Source of the DNA: an uncultured delta proteobacterium
GTDB lineage: Bacteria > Bdellovibrionota > FAC87 > UBA2466
Assembly: GCA_963778115.1 (NCBI GenBank)
Contig: CAVZSV010000004.1
Location: forward strand, 1,888,001-1,952,000
Length of the DNA: 64,000 nucleotides
Direction: 5' to 3'
The notes under the pieces are model-generated. The model searched no databases, was not told the DNA's origin, and saw only the letters and a program-made list of their open reading frames with translations. This document shows positions 52,410-61,988 of this stretch, piece by piece. How positions within the stretch are numbered: the stretch's first letter is position 1; each line of letters begins with the position of its first letter. The position numbers were made by a program, and so were the translations under genes.

Positions 52410-52802
52410 CTATTTCGTCACTTTAGAGGTGATGTTATTGCAAGGCTTGGTATAACTATATGCCCACCAAACCAATAGTAGCTGCACCGGCAATCGTAAC
52501 CACAACGCCCATTGGGGAGTCGGCCCCTCTCCAAAGGGAAGATGGTGGATGGCCATGTTTACGTTAGCCGGAAAAACGGCGACGTATAGGGCGACGAGTC
52601 CCCAAGCGGCTATTTTCTGCAGACGCGGGATTAACAACCCCACTCCTGCTAGCGCTTCGAAAAAGCCACTCACGTAAACCAAAGCTAAAGGCCAAGGAAG
52701 ATAGCTAGGGACGATGCGCACAAAGGGTATGGGATCGATAAAGTGCTTTACACCGACGAAGATCATGAAGCCAGCCAGAACGAACTTAAGTATTTGTTTC
52801 AT
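52410..52802 (-). CDS. DoxX-like membrane protein
   Basis: GVKHF..P..F..IVP.YLP, LVYVSGFFE, AVFPANV.MA, LRLP.Q; start set at MKQILK. Confidence 0.82.
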   Translation of the reverse strand: MKQILKFVLAGFMIFVGVKHFIDPIPFVRIVPSYLPWPLALVYVSGFFEALAGVGLLIPRLQKIAAWGLVALYVAVFPANVNMAIHHLPFGEGPTPQWALWLRLPVQLLLVWWAYSYTKPCNNITSKVTK

Positions 52803-52916
52803 TGGAATAACATTGTCCCTAATTAGCATAGGGGTTGCAACGCTCAAACCGAATGAAATGATAGTTTTTTAGTCGTATTCCCAAAGTGCTTATGTGCCTA
52901 TTTAGCTTTGGCTCCG

Positions 52917-52932
52917 TGGCACTTTGCTTGCA
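52917..52932 (+). promoter_or_regulatory. Putative sigma54 promoter
   Basis: TGGCAC-TTTGC-TTGCA, consensus -24/-12, ~38 bp before the next start. Confidence 0.75.
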
Positions 52933-52969
52933 CCTATTTCGCTCACTTTACTTTGAATTAGGGGGTTAG

Positions 52970-53665
52970 GTGAAATACGCGCATATCATTTTAGTCTCTG
53001 TCTTTGCTCTGTCTTGCTTTAAGTTGCTGGCTGCGGATCCGACTAACTTAGACCTCTCCCATTCGGGGCTACTTGGAAATAAGGATGGGATGAACTGTAA
53101 AAATGGCGTCTGCACACTTGCTCCCGGAGCTTTACTGCCACGGTCAGCCGGACACCCCACCATTACGATCAAAAATCCTCTCCCGGCAGAAGTAAAACCA
53201 GAGACGAAGGAAGGAGTATTCGAATTCGACGATGAGGTGAGCATCAATCGCCAAATGAGTCGCTCGCCGAAGGAAAAGCTAATCTTAAGAGAGGTCGGCT
53301 TCGTGGGCTGTCCTGCTTGCGGCCAATTCAAAAAACACGTTGAAGCCATCGCCAAGAATTACAATGCGTATTTTGGTAGCATTATTCAGATGACTCCAAG
53401 TTCAACGGTGGGATTAGGCGTTGCCATGGATGTTAATGCCGCTACTCACCCCAACGTCACTCAGCTTCCTAACCCGACCTATCCCGCTTTTCAGATTCTA
53501 AAATGGGATGATCAAAAACAGGATTGGGTGGTCATCAAGAGCTTTCAGGGCTATTCGCCGCCAATTTTTGCCAGTACGGTCACAAAGGATCTCTTACCGG
53601 CAAATTCCGTTACGAATCTAGCGACGGGCACCGCACCCGACGTGAGACAGGCGCAGTCACGTTAG
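52970..53665 (+). CDS. Secreted thioredoxin-fold-like protein (CPAC)
   Basis: Signal peptide, GCPACGQFK, later TYPAF resembling the cis-Pro loop. Confidence 0.6.
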   Translation: MKYAHIILVSVFALSCFKLLAADPTNLDLSHSGLLGNKDGMNCKNGVCTLAPGALLPRSAGHPTITIKNPLPAEVKPETKEGVFEFDDEVSINRQMSRSPKEKLILREVGFVGCPACGQFKKHVEAIAKNYNAYFGSIIQMTPSSTVGLGVAMDVNAATHPNVTQLPNPTYPAFQILKWDDQKQDWVVIKSFQGYSPPIFASTVTKDLLPANSVTNLATGTAPDVRQAQSR

Positions 53666-54252
53666 AGGACGAAGCCCACTCCGGCCTGGGGTAAGAAAAC
53701 GAAGGAGGAATCTAAAATTCCTAATTTTGGTTCGATCATCACAGAAAGTGTTGGACTAAGTAAGATCTCAAGCCCTGGTCTAGCTAGAGCTTCGAAATTA
53801 ATAGCGGTGTTCGAATAGCTGGAGCTTGCTCCTGATAACGATACGCTTAGATTTCCCATGGTGAGACTTGCTCCCACGGCAACTCCAAAGAACGGGCGAA
53901 ACGCCGACTCGGGAATTACCCATTTATAGAGAGCCGTAAGCATGAGCGGTAATGAACTTACCGATACCGAAGCCGATACTGAGCCAGATGCCGATTCGCT
54001 CCAGCGGTAAAAGCCGGATTCAGCCCCCAGATAAAAGTGGCTTCCCAGATGGAACACTAGATCTATCCCGCCCCCGAATCCAACAGTCCCTTCCAGCAAA
54101 GCGAGGGAAGGGAGAAGGGAGAGCTGTTTATCAGGTAGCTCGCTGACATCCGGGCTCTGCGGTGCCGGAGATTCCACCGTTTCGGCAAAGCTCAAAGAGC
54201 TGAGAAGTAAAATGGGGGCAACAATTCCACAGACAATGCGCGAAAGCTTCAT
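53662..54252 (-). CDS. Small outer-membrane beta-barrel protein
   Basis: Signal peptide, alternating beta-strands (RPFFGVAVG), C-terminal AGVGFVL. Confidence 0.72.
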   Translation of the reverse strand: MKLSRIVCGIVAPILLLSSLSFAETVESPAPQSPDVSELPDKQLSLLPSLALLEGTVGFGGGIDLVFHLGSHFYLGAESGFYRWSESASGSVSASVSVSSLPLMLTALYKWVIPESAFRPFFGVAVGASLTMGNLSVSLSGASSSYSNTAINFEALARPGLEILLSPTLSVMIEPKLGILDSSFVFLPQAGVGFVL

Positions 54253-54277
54253 TATAGGCTCCAGCCGGTAGCATACC

Positions 54278-55372
54278 CTATCCCGCGGCAGCTACGACAT
54301 CGCGACAGGGAATCTGTAAGAAGATAGGAGTCATCTCCTTCATCCGCTCCAAGACGTTATTTAGTCCCGCGCGCAGGGTAATAAACGCTTGAGTGAAGGT
54401 GCGATCCTTTTCACTGATGGCTATCGGAAATCGAAAGTGCTCGACCCATTGAGGCAACGGAGTCTGACTCTTACGCATCTTCACCAAGAGTGCTTCATGA
54501 TGGGCCCGGAAAGTCGTTCGCAGAAGGCCAAACGGAATTCGATAGACTCTGAGATCTCTTTCTCGCCGCTCCAAAGTGCTTCGAGGCGTTACAAAGGCGA
54601 AACGGGAGGGGCTTGCCTTTTCATCGGGAGCTTCCTGAAATCCTAGTACCAGCATAGCGATGGGATCTTCGCCTTCCGCTTGAACATAATAGGTGTGGTC
54701 TTGAGGCTTTTGCGGAATGGAAATAAAAGCCTTGGGACTCGGAAAGACCCTCTCCTCGACCTGTGCCAAGGGAACGGAAAAGGAGCTTTGGGGCATTACC
54801 AGGCCATCGCTTCTCGAATCGTAAACGACCCGAGTGAGCTTGGTGTTCAGATAGTAGCGGGCTGCACCCTCTGTGGTAACATCCACCATAAAAGATTCAT
54901 AGATGGCCGGTGCCCACATCGAGCTATCGGTCTCTACGGCCAGAGGGGTTCCGGCCCCTTTAGGAACTCGCTTGAACAGCGCTCTTAATTGCTCCGTAGG
55001 AATGGGCGGTAGCGACAACGGAGATTTCCAACCGTGAAGCAGAGGCTCATAGCGTGCGGGATTGCCGCGATCGGTTTCGTGGCCCTCAAATCGAAAAAAA
55101 AGTCTTCCGTCCGAACGGCTAGTCTGAATCTCCTCAAACGGCTCTTCGGGTCGGTTCTTGGGATCTTCTAGAATCTGGGCAAAGCGTCTTTCAATGTGAA
55201 CTGGGATTTCCATGGGAACCCCGTTCGCGTCGACGGTGATGCCGGTGTCCTCATCTTCGCCGTTATCAGCACCCGCAATTCCCTCCACAGAGAAAGAGAT
55301 TCCCATGAAAAATGCGGTCACTAAAATTGCCAGAAAAGAGGGCGTTGCGCCCTTGAAATGCTTCATCCCCAA
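54278..55372 (-). CDS. Hypothetical secreted protein
   Basis: 364-aa ORF with hydrophobic N-terminus; no recognisable family. Confidence 0.65.
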   Translation of the reverse strand: MGMKHFKGATPSFLAILVTAFFMGISFSVEGIAGADNGEDEDTGITVDANGVPMEIPVHIERRFAQILEDPKNRPEEPFEEIQTSRSDGRLFFRFEGHETDRGNPARYEPLLHGWKSPLSLPPIPTEQLRALFKRVPKGAGTPLAVETDSSMWAPAIYESFMVDVTTEGAARYYLNTKLTRVVYDSRSDGLVMPQSSFSVPLAQVEERVFPSPKAFISIPQKPQDHTYYVQAEGEDPIAMLVLGFQEAPDEKASPSRFAFVTPRSTLERRERDLRVYRIPFGLLRTTFRAHHEALLVKMRKSQTPLPQWVEHFRFPIAISEKDRTFTQAFITLRAGLNNVLERMKEMTPIFLQIPCRDVVAAAG

Positions 55373-55669
55373 ATTCCCCCCATGTATTTTGATACAAACG
55401 TATGATGGGGATGTGCGTCAATATAAATTACTGGGTCAATAGGGATGCTAACGGAACGGGTCCCTCTGATATTCAACACCTTCGGGCACTTTTTCTTCCA
55501 GTTCAATCAAAGGCCAATTGTGGACGCATTAGGTCCCCAAAGCGCCCAAAATTGTCGCTTCGCCCACTCTATTTCCACCGCTTCCAGCCTGAATACAGTG
55601 GCTTTGCGATTGCACAACCACCCTATCGAGAAGCCCCGTTTGCGGGGGACGTAGGGGGAGGAGATTCGA

Positions 55670-56185
55670 ATGCAAAGGTTATCGTTCTGGGTGTGGCTTT
55701 CTTTGTTTTTGGTGACGGCTTGCGGACAGTTCGAAGCGAAACCCGGAGTAAGAAACAACCAATCTGGCGGAGTCTCTAGTTCCGTTCTTCTGGGAAGCTG
55801 GACATCTAATTGTTATCCGACGAATGCCAATGTGCCCAACGGCCCTGAGCAGGCTTCGCAATATACTTTCAATAGCAACTCCACGCTCGAGATTCAGACG
55901 CTAAGCTGCAACTCGAATGCTCCAACAGCGATGATCATCAACACGGCGACTTTGGGTTTTTACATCGATGGAGCCGCCCCTTCGAATGTTCCTAACGGAA
56001 ATCGCATTCATTATTGGAATCCGGCCACCAGCACTACGACCTATGATGTCTTTAGTGTCCAGGGCGGCACACTTCTCTTTACGGCGGCACCGACCACTTC
56101 TCCAGTGGCCGTTCCCGTGCTTTCCAACGCGGTGGCCTACACTCGAACCACTCAAGGCATCGTGCAAACTACCACTGGGCACTAA
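55670..56185 (+). CDS. Hypothetical lipoprotein
   Basis: VTAC lipobox, GGGGGAGG RBS, LLGSWTSNC lipocalin-like start. Confidence 0.7.
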   Translation: MQRLSFWVWLSLFLVTACGQFEAKPGVRNNQSGGVSSSVLLGSWTSNCYPTNANVPNGPEQASQYTFNSNSTLEIQTLSCNSNAPTAMIINTATLGFYIDGAAPSNVPNGNRIHYWNPATSTTTYDVFSVQGGTLLFTAAPTTSPVAVPVLSNAVAYTRTTQGIVQTTTGH

Positions 56186-56240
56186 GTCTGCCTGTGGATA
56201 ATCAATAAGTTGATTCCTCAAAATCAAAACGCGTTAAGTG

Positions 56241-56732
56241 CTAATCGCGGTAGTAATGGCAAGTATATCCGCCCGGATTTTTAATGAGGTATTTCTGGTG
56301 ATACTCTTCTGCACGATAGAAGGGGCCAGCCGGAACGACTTCAGTCACCACTTTGCCCTTCCATTTACCTGAAGCTTGAACTTTGGCGATGACCTTTTCG
56401 GCAACGGCCTTTTGCTCGTCAGAGTGGAAGAAGATAACCGATCGGTACTGAGATCCGACGTCATTACCCTGTCGATTCACCGTCGTGGGATCGTGCATGC
56501 GAAAAAAATGATCTAAAATACCTTCATAGCTCACTTTAGCAGGGTCAAATTCGATCTGAACACTCTCGGCGTGTCCCGTGGATCCTCGTTTCACCACTTC
56601 GTAAGTGGCATTGGGGACATCGCCCCCGGTATACCCAACGGTAGTCTCAATGACGCCTGGGATCTTTCGGATCAAATCCTCCATCCCCCAGAAACAACCC
56701 CCAGCCATAGTCGCTATTTCAGTCCGATTCAT
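56241..56732 (-). CDS. msrA: Peptide-methionine (S)-S-oxide reductase
   Basis: [45 protein letters not shown]. Confidence 0.95.
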   Translation of the reverse strand: MNRTEIATMAGGCFWGMEDLIRKIPGVIETTVGYTGGDVPNATYEVVKRGSTGHAESVQIEFDPAKVSYEGILDHFFRMHDPTTVNRQGNDVGSQYRSVIFFHSDEQKAVAEKVIAKVQASGKWKGKVVTEVVPAGPFYRAEEYHQKYLIKNPGGYTCHYYRD

Positions 56733-56947
56733 AGCGTTTCCATACACCCAGAGAAGGAAAAAGGGTAGAGGAGTGGGATTTGGGGATTTCGGATCGTTCA
56801 CGTTCACGCTAACGTCTACGTCTACGCATACGTAAAGGACCAGTAGGATGTGTGACGCTTCGAGCCGTCCTCAGTCACACAAAATACCTCGACCGGCCCA
56901 CAACGCGGTACAATATCCCCAGGCTTTACTAACATCGGAGAACAAAC

Positions 56948-57382
56948 ATGGTTAACAAGAAATGTTGGATATCCTGCGCCATTTCCACCGTCGTAACGTT
57001 TCTCGTCCTTTGGGGTCTCGAATTTGTCGTTCATGAACTCATTCTGAAAAGTAGCTACATGAACTTTGCAGCTCTCTACCGACCGGCCGCAGATATGTGC
57101 CACTATCTGCCTTACATGCTTGTTTCCTTTTTCCTGGTGGCGGCATCGATCGTATGGATTTACGACCAAGGTAAGAAACAGGATAAGCCTTTCTTGATTC
57201 AAGGAGTGCGCTTTGGATTGGCTCTGGCTTTCCTTACCGCAGTCCCCTCGGCCCTGCTCTATTACTCTTTACAGCCAATAAGTTGTTCTTTAGCGATGAA
57301 ACAGATCCTTTTGGGAATTCCTGAAATGGTGATCTTGGGTATCGTCGTAGCCAAACTAAGAGAAAAAGCTCCCGCGAAATGA
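56948..57382 (+). CDS. Hypothetical 4-TM membrane protein
   Basis: GGAG RBS, four hydrophobic segments. Confidence 0.7.
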   Translation: MVNKKCWISCAISTVVTFLVLWGLEFVVHELILKSSYMNFAALYRPAADMCHYLPYMLVSFFLVAASIVWIYDQGKKQDKPFLIQGVRFGLALAFLTAVPSALLYYSLQPISCSLAMKQILLGIPEMVILGIVVAKLREKAPAK

Positions 57383-57422
57383 TTGCCATAGGGGGGCCGT
57401 CATGCGAGGTATCTATACTTGA

Positions 57423-57893
57423 ATGATGCCCCCCAGACTTAAAGAACTTTCGACGGCCTTTACGGCAGTAAGCACTGGCCTTCTTTCAGGAGCAATGTTT
57501 GCCTCCGGCCAGGGGCTGTTATCCCTTTGGAACGGACTCTCTCCGACCGCTTTGGCTGCTTTTACCAACGAGCACTATGGAGCCTTTTCGACGATTCTGG
57601 TATCTCTGTTGGAAGTTTCCTTTCTCTCCGGGCTAGCAATGTTGCTGCTCCATCTCTCGCCCACTGAAAAGAAAAGACCGTGGACTTTGATCGCTGGAAT
57701 TTGTCTATTTGCCGCGGTTATCACCTATTTCTTGGGTACGATTCCCGTTCAAGAGGTCCTCACCCGAGGCTTGCTTTCGCCCGAAGCCGAACTTCAAGTT
57801 ACCGGCCGTTGGGCGGTCTCCCATTGGATTCAGTTCGTCCTGGAATTTATGGCTTTTCTGGCAAGTCTGAAAGCATTGGCCACACACCGGTAG
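57423..57893 (+). CDS. 4-TM membrane protein, DUF1772-like
   Basis: TGLLSG, IT....IPV, RW...HWI pattern. Confidence 0.55.
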   Translation: MMPPRLKELSTAFTAVSTGLLSGAMFASGQGLLSLWNGLSPTALAAFTNEHYGAFSTILVSLLEVSFLSGLAMLLLHLSPTEKKRPWTLIAGICLFAAVITYFLGTIPVQEVLTRGLLSPEAELQVTGRWAVSHWIQFVLEFMAFLASLKALATHR

Positions 57894-57901
57894 TAAGAGA
57901 A

Positions 57902-58918
57902 TTAGCTCTGAAAATTAAGCGAGACAATCTCCGGCTTTCGCTCACGCCCCAACTTTTGGGCAATTCCTTCGACCACCCTTTTTCCCGAATTGAAACTCGC
58001 GATAATAGATCCTTTCCCCTGGGGAACGCATAATTCTCCGGCGACATACAAATTGACAATATTGCTCTCTAGCATAGGAGAAAGTATGGGATTTCCTTTC
58101 TCATCGAGGTTAAGTCCAGCGCTAGCCAAGAAACCTGCGGGAGAGCTTCCTCCGATACCGAAAACAACGTTATCGAATACCTTACTTGGGCCCTCCTTAA
58201 AAATGACGTGAGGTTTGCCGTTTTCGTCCCGAATTCCCGTTAGGTTAGAATTGCGTAAAACCGCAATCAACCCTTCCTTTTCATCCTTCTCCAAAATCTC
58301 TAGGTTCATGGGATTAAGACGACTAAAAGTGTCCTTACGGTAGGAAACGGTAACCTTCCCTCGATTGGCCAGACTCAACGCAAACTCGATGGCGGAGTTT
58401 CCCCCTCCTACCACTAGGATCTCTTTTCCCGTAGCATCCAAGTTTCTGATATCGAACTGAACATGTTTTCGAGCGTTTGAAGGAATTTCATTAAAGAAGT
58501 CCGGGCGATTGGGTTTTCCCATTCTTCCGACGCAAATCACTACGAATTTAGACTTAAATAATGCCCCTTCCGAAGTAGAAACAAAAAAATAGCCGCCTTC
58601 ATGCTTAATAGAATCGACGTTCACGTTGTAGGTAACCTGAAAGCCGTATCGCTCTAGAATTTCGTCGATGATCGCTAAAAAATTCGGTTTGGTAGTGTCC
58701 CGAAAGCACAGTACGCCAGCGCAAACGGCCTCTTGCCCCCTATAGGCGGCGTCAACCCGCTTATCATCGGGATAGTATTGTAAAACGGTTTGGTTGTGAG
58801 AGGGCCCCTTTTCAATGACTCGGACTGACGGCAAATCGTGGTACACGCATTCGGCGGCTACACTTAAGCCCGCGGGACCAGCGCCGATGACCAGGATCTC
58901 TTGCTCTTGAATGTTCAT
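57902..58918 (-). CDS. FAD/NAD(P)H oxidoreductase, thioredoxin-reductase fold without CxxC (FqrB/TrxR2-like)
   Basis: IGAGPAG, VGGGNSA.E, YR...F.R, GRMGKPN.P, KRVD..Y.GQ, GSI....N. Confidence 0.82.
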   Translation of the reverse strand: MNIQEQEILVIGAGPAGLSVAAECVYHDLPSVRVIEKGPSHNQTVLQYYPDDKRVDAAYRGQEAVCAGVLCFRDTTKPNFLAIIDEILERYGFQVTYNVNVDSIKHEGGYFFVSTSEGALFKSKFVVICVGRMGKPNRPDFFNEIPSNARKHVQFDIRNLDATGKEILVVGGGNSAIEFALSLANRGKVTVSYRKDTFSRLNPMNLEILEKDEKEGLIAVLRNSNLTGIRDENGKPHVIFKEGPSKVFDNVVFGIGGSSPAGFLASAGLNLDEKGNPILSPMLESNIVNLYVAGELCVPQGKGSIIASFNSGKRVVEGIAQKLGRERKPEIVSLNFQS

Positions 58919-59180
58919 GGGCCATGCAAACCAGATTGGCTACCAAAGCGCAAGCTCAAGTCCTTGAGCGAAAGACGTATCCCGATAGTCTTAGGTCGAA
59001 GACCCAAAGAACACGGGAGTAAGAAACTCCCCTTTACTTTAAAATACCGGAATTCAAAACCAAACCTCACTCTTTCTTCTAAGAACTTCCGTGTGTACGG
59101 CTTTTACGATTGGCTGACAAAAATGCGCACTCTACGAGGCTCTCACCCCTGAATCGTGCGGGAAAAGGGTGATTTTGAAT

Positions 59181-59196
59181 TGGTACAGCCTGTGCT
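59181..59196 (+). promoter_or_regulatory. Putative sigma54 promoter
   Basis: TGGTACAGCCTGTGCT: GG-N10-GC, ~100 bp upstream of the Gly/Tyr-rich gene. Confidence 0.55.
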
Positions 59197-59296
59197 TTTT
59201 TTTTCGTAGGTACACTTCCAGCGCTACGTGCGTGGAAGATGAAGAAGTGGAGATGAGCTTAGGGCGAACGCCCTAGCAAATGTGGAGCGGAAAAAG

Positions 59297-60199
59297 ATGA
59301 GTAAGTTCAGCGCATATCTTGCGGTGGTTTTTCTGAGCTGTTCAGTAACCTTGGTTTCGGCTCGAGCCGAAAGCGTTGCCAATGTAAATAGTGGCACGGC
59401 GCAAACGTCTTTAAACAGCCATGGAGGAAATTCCTTTTCCTCTACGACGGGGTCTTCAAGGTATTTAGCTCCTTCGACCTCGGCTACGGTCACTACCAAT
59501 ACGGCGACCAGTAACACGGCTTCAACCGCAACGGTTACCGACAAAGATTGGGGATTTGGACTTGGATGGGGTGCCGGCTACGGAGCTTACGGCGGATACT
59601 ATGGGGGATACAGCCCCTACGGCGGTTACGGTTATGGATCGCTCTATTCGCCTTACAATTATTCTTATCCCTCCTACGGATATGGTTACGGATATCCTTC
59701 GTACGGATACGGATATGGTTCTAGTTATGGATACGGCTATCCCAACTACGGATATGGAATGGGTATTGGCTACGGGTATCCCTCGTACGGATATGGTTAC
59801 GGATCAAGCTATGGATACGGCTACCCCTCCTATGGATACGGAATGGGCTACGGCTATCCTTCTTACGGATACGGGTACGGATCAAGTTACGGTTACGGAT
59901 ATCCTTCGTACGGATACGGATATGGATATGGAATGGGTATCGGCTACGGGTATCCCTCGTACGGATATGGCTACGGATCAAGCTATGGATACGGCTACCC
60001 CTCCTATGGATACGGAATGGGCTACGGCTATCCTTCTTACGGATACGGGTACGGATCAAGTTACGGATACGGTTACCCGTACTACGGTTCCTCTTATCCT
60101 GCTTACGGATATAGCTATCCAGCAGGCGGATCGCTTTACTCTCCGTACAACTACACTTCGGGTTTCCCCTACCAATACGGAATGGGTTTCCCTCACTAG
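59297..60199 (+). CDS. Secreted Gly/Tyr-rich low-complexity repeat protein
   Basis: Signal peptide ending ARA, Ser/Thr linker, then ~210 aa of YPSYGYGYG-type repeats. Confidence 0.8.
   Translation: MSKFSAYLAVVFLSCSVTLVSARAESVANVNSGTAQTSLNSHGGNSFSSTTGSSRYLAPSTSATVTTNTATSNTASTATVTDKDWGFGLGWGAGYGAYGGYYGGYSPYGGYGYGSLYSPYNYSYPSYGYGYGYPSYGYGYGSSYGYGYPNYGYGMGIGYGYPSYGYGYGSSYGYGYPSYGYGMGYGYPSYGYGYGSSYGYGYPSYGYGYGYGMGIGYGYPSYGYGYGSSYGYGYPSYGYGMGYGYPSYGYGYGSSYGYGYPYYGSSYPAYGYSYPAGGSLYSPYNYTSGFPYQYGMGFPH
59750..60066 (+). repeat. 143-bp direct repeat (59750-59892 / 59924-60066), 174-bp period
   Basis: Copies differ at two synonymous positions (ATT/ATC, GGT/GGC). Confidence 0.9.
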
Positions 60200-61528
60200 G
60201 GTTGTTGTAACCGTTTAAGAACGGTGGAGACAGATACCGAATATAAAATGGGGTCGGCGGTTTTTCCGTCGGCCCCTTTTATTATGACGGTCTTTCCGTC
60301 GGGAGAATACTGAGCTTCTGTTAATTCGGCATTCGGGTCCATTAGCTGACAATAGTTGCCGTCTTCTTCTAGCTGCAGAAAACAGGCCCTCTTCTTAGAG
60401 ATCGTAATCCCCGTTTTTCCATCAGGAGAGACTTGAAAATCCAAAATTTTTTCCGTTCCGACCGGAATTTCCTTCACGCGAGTTTTTCCATCGAGAGAAT
60501 GGATCTCAAGAAATCCGTGAGGGCTCACAATTCCAAAGCGGGGGTTTTTACCAGGTATCGGACGTACTTTCGCTATCGCGGTTTCCACAGGGCCTACCAC
60601 TTGGACAGACTGCACAAAACGCGGAGCCCCCTCTTGTTCATGCCATACATCGACGCCAATATAACCTTTGCCGGAACTTGCGACCCCTCCGTTTATTGAG
60701 ATCCAACCATTTGAGCTGTCGAAAAAACCAGCCCCAATTTTAATCCGCCGCGAAGAGGGTTCATCGCGAAAAGCGAGCCCCCATTGAATGACAACTTCTC
60801 CATGAGCCAACGTGACGATCTTCGATTGCCCATTGAGGGAACTTAACCCCACGGAATTCCCCTGTGGCAAAATCGTTGGAAAGACAGGACCCCATAGTTG
60901 AGAAGGGCCACTTAATTGATATAACCTTAGGGGCTCCTCGGGCCTGTCCGACGGAATTCGAAAAACTTCGATTCCGCCATTGTTCACCGCCTCTACAAGG
61001 TACCCTTTCTCTGAGTACGAAAGACTATGGATCCCCGATTGAGAGAAAGCGGATCTAAAATCGATCCCGGCTGAACCGTCCTGAGAATTCCAAAATCGCA
61101 GAATTCCATCAGCGTCTCCTCCAATGATCCATTCGGGCGATGCCACCACCGAAGTGAAGCGGAAACGTTTCGATTGAATAGGCAATAGAGGATTTTTTTC
61201 TAGGGTGGCAGACTTACGAGAAACAATCCTCGAAACTCCGTCATTTTCGTAAGCCACATAGATGAAACGAGAGTCGGGGGAGAAAGCGATCGCGCCTCCG
61301 CTATCGGTGACGATGTATTGGGTTCCTGGAACGGGATATTCCCGAGAAGCGAACTTACTTCCTTTGGGAAGTTTCCAGCGGTGGAAAAGTCCTTGCGAGT
61401 GATCTTCTTCAATCACTATCGGCGCACAACCTCCGAAACTAGAATTCGGCTGCGCCGAAGTCCTGGTACAAGCTATAAGAATTATAAAAAAAAGGGCAGC
61501 CCGTAGGCGCCACCTTCCGTAGCCCATC
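60196..61528 (-). CDS. WD40-like beta-propeller protein, probably exported (start uncertain)
   Basis: AIAFSPDSRF, GDADGILRFWN, FQVSPDGKT, AQYSPDGKT repeats; hydrophobic N-terminal segment. Confidence 0.72.
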
Positions 61529-61971
61529 CGAATCAAGAACATTCCTTTCGTGGAGGCAATGGCGTACCACATTTGCTTGATTGGGATCAAGCCTAAGCTT
61601 CCGACGAGAAAGACCTATAGATATCGTCGAGTTGAGAGGGAGAACTTGGCGGGGCCCGGCCTTACCTCCGGGCCCTGCCTTAGGAGAGAAGGCTATCTCA
61701 TCCTTACTTCAAAACGAACTACGGACAAAAAAAGAAGCCTCGTGACCTGCATGGGTAGGGTCAAGCGACCTCTTTTTCTTTAACTGCTATGAGGGAAAAT
61801 TTAAAAAACGGAGAAACTAATCTCTTTATTTAGAGTTTTAGAAAACGTGAACTCATTTGTCACGACCCAGCGACTCCAAAAATGCCTGTAATTGCTCTTA
61901 ATTGCGATGACAAACTCGATTCTCAAAAAAACGGATCGCTTTGTCGCGGCCGCGTAAGACAATAGCCGCGA

Positions 61972-61980
61972 TGCTATAAT
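61972..61980 (+). promoter_or_regulatory. Extended -10 promoter (TGcTATAAT), near-leaderless
   Basis: Perfect TGnTATAAT ending 8 nt before ATG 61989; no SD. Confidence 0.55.
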
Positions 61981-61988
61981 AGATCTCT

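Noticed and set aside
55402..55779. Overlapping small ORFs between the 55372 and 55670 genes
   Set aside because: They have no recognisable motifs or convincing RBS and mutually overlap.
52153..60066. CRISPR array (repeats at 52153 and 59750)
   Set aside because: The repeats are contiguous coding repeats without unique spacers, and there are no cas genes.
59556..60218. Alternative 220-aa DTDM-repeat ORF and antisense IRTR-repeat ORF
   Set aside because: These are frame shadows of the Gly/Tyr gene, which has the signal peptide and RBS and takes the repeat differences as silent changes.
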